DNA of 62,760 nucleotides, filler included, from It is 4 parts of 4 records of this genome, joined end to end, with 100 filler letters (N's around TTAATTAATTAA, not from the genome) between each part and the next. Parts side by side here need not be neighbours in the genome. Positions count along the whole stretch, not along the records: positions 46,148 to 62,760 come from SRR20825019_1838; 3 more parts are not named here. One strand, 5' to 3'. Shown piece by piece: positions 61,054 to 62,760 of this stretch (position 1 is its first letter; each line of letters starts with the position of its first letter). The notes under the pieces were generated by a model. It saw only the letters and a program-made list of their open reading frames with translations, ran no database searches and was not told where the DNA came from. The position numbers and the translations under genes were made by a program.

Positions 61054-62735
61054 TCACCGAGTGTTCTGCTTGTTCTCTCTGAAGTCATTGGGGCGAATAT
61101 CTGGCATGCCGGATTCGACTTCTATCCCCGCGTCCCCATTCCTCGCAATGGTGTTTTCCTGATCGGCGCACGTCAACCACACCACCAACTCACCACATTC
61201 ACCCGCGCACCTTAATCACACCCTCACCACCGTTACTGATGGAGACTCCTGCTTGGCGGTTTCGTTCGATCACGTTTGCTACCACAAAACTCAGCTTCGC
61301 ATACAACACACACCGAACCACACGCAGACCTGTGATGATAGGATCTGCTTTTGCTTGGATCGAGATGCCATTTTGGTGGTTCTGATGGATCTTGTTCTGC
61401 GCACTTGTTAGAGGCACGCACCCCCTCCCCCAGGAGGTCCGCGCACCTTCTCTATGACGCCCCTCCCGAAATCGTGGACGAAAATCCCGTTCTCTTCATT
61501 GTCGTGTATGTCGTTTTGTAGTACTTTGGGGTCAGCGAGTGTGTCTATCATCACCCCTGCAAGATCGTCAGGTCGCATACGTTTCCAATCAAACTCCCTT
61601 CCCACCCGCCCATGCATTGCGGAAAATCTCGTTGTGCCTAACAATCGCCTTGCTCTCGCGATAGGCAAGCACCCCCGCCTTCCGCTGACCGTAGATCTTG
61701 TTGTGCTCGATGATGATGGCGGCACTTCGCTCTGCCTCGATTCCGGAGTGGTAGTTGTTGTATATCTCATTGTGTTGGATGTGCCCGTTCCCCTGACTCC
61801 CGATAGCAATGCCTGCACCGGTGCAGTCACGAATGACACTGTTGTATATACCGGGGATAGCAGCTGACGATAGCAGCATTAGTGACCCCGGGCCCATGAC
61901 AATGCCAAGCTTACCCGACTCCACCCGGACCCCGGCAAGCCCACACCGCTCAATAACGCATTTGTCAATCTTCCCTACTCCGGTGTCAGATATCCACACC
62001 GCAATCCCTGCGTGAACCCGACGTCAGCCAACCCCCCAGCTTGCAGTTCCCAAGGAGACAACCTTTAATATCGACAAAATGAACATTGCAAAGCTGCGGA
62101 TTCCCGTCTCCCTTCACCTGCACCGCGCATGAAGGAAACCCTTCCTGAAACCCAGAATGGTCAGAGACGGTCGCCGCCTCGCCACACTCACTCACGAATC
62201 TACAGTCTTCCACAAAGCACTTGCCATGGGCAAAGAGCACGCCGACAGCCCCCTTGGACGACGACTTGAAGCAGATGCCGTTGAGCTTGCCCGGCTGTCC
62301 CTCCAAGCAGTGGTAGGTCATTGCGGGTGTTTTGTGATCGTCCGGCTCGATGGTGACCTTGGTGACTCCGTCTCCGAATATGTCCAGCTGTTTCCATCCA
62401 TTATTGCCTGGGTCGAATGGCCGGGAAGATGGGGGGCTTACCTCCTTGTCCACACTGAAGTTCTCCTTGTAGTGCCCCGCCCTGATGCACACACGGCCAC
62501 CTGCAGCAGCCCTGTCCACAGCCCGTTGGATCCCTCCTTTCTCCCCGGGCACGGCATATACAACTTCGCCTGTCGCATGCAGTCAGTACAGCAGAGCTTG
62601 CACATACCACGTTCTGAACCTACCCCGGGGAGGGGCCGGCTTCACTGGGCTTGCCATTTCACCGCGTGTATACGCTACTGACGCTGGGTCCACTTATAAG
62701 TCCGCAGCGGCTTGTGCTTCAGGTAGTGAACTCAC
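61054..62735 (-). CDS. Right-handed parallel beta-helix (PbH1/NosD, FBXO11-like) repeat protein, 5'-truncated, multi-exon
   Basis: IQRAVDRAAAGGRVCIRAGHYKE and repeated NxIxxNxxxGI motifs (HNEIYNNYHSGI, NDIHDNEENGIFV, NKIHQNHQNGISI). Ends ...ENKQNTR*. Confidence 0.82.
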
Positions 62736-62760
62736 CGGGGGGGGGGGGGGGGGGGGGGGG

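Noticed and set aside
62736-62760. Poly-G/poly-C tracts at contig ends (also 15560-15583, 46148-46171)
   Set aside because: These are homopolymers where assembly breaks, or sequencing artefacts. They are not telomeric or functional repeats.
1-62760. CRISPR arrays, transposases, integrases, rRNA
   Set aside because: I saw no regularly spaced repeats or recognisable motifs for any of these.

Overview
This window is an artificial concatenation of four contigs joined by 100-nt spacers (N44-TTAATTAATTAA-N44 at 15584-15683, 38580-38679 and 46048-46147). Contigs 1, 2 and 4 are from a gene-dense, flagellated protist with short (mostly ~45-60 nt) GT-AG introns and very GC-rich promoter islands. They carry an ELMOD protein, a secreted ankyrin protein, a YccF-like protein, an ELL-like protein, an SSUH2-like protein, a PAP2 phosphatase, a Cys-rich secreted protein, a frameshifted kinase, a receiver-ZnF-Nudix fusion, IFT121/WDR35, BMS1, a large ankyrin protein, TAF1 and a beta-helix protein. 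Contig 3 (38680-46047) is bacterial (proteobacterial-looking). It holds a kinase-less PpkA-like vWA / TagT / TagS / TagR-like operon, a PAN/apple protein and a partial tRNA-Thr. The standout is a single 3.7-kb ORF embedded among eukaryotic genes (16651-20379). It encodes ankyrin repeats fused to a complete IpaH/SspH/SlrP-type LRR + NEL E3 ubiquitin ligase with an intact catalytic C-x-D motif, and may have an upstream signal-peptide exon. All assignments are by eye, without database searches.
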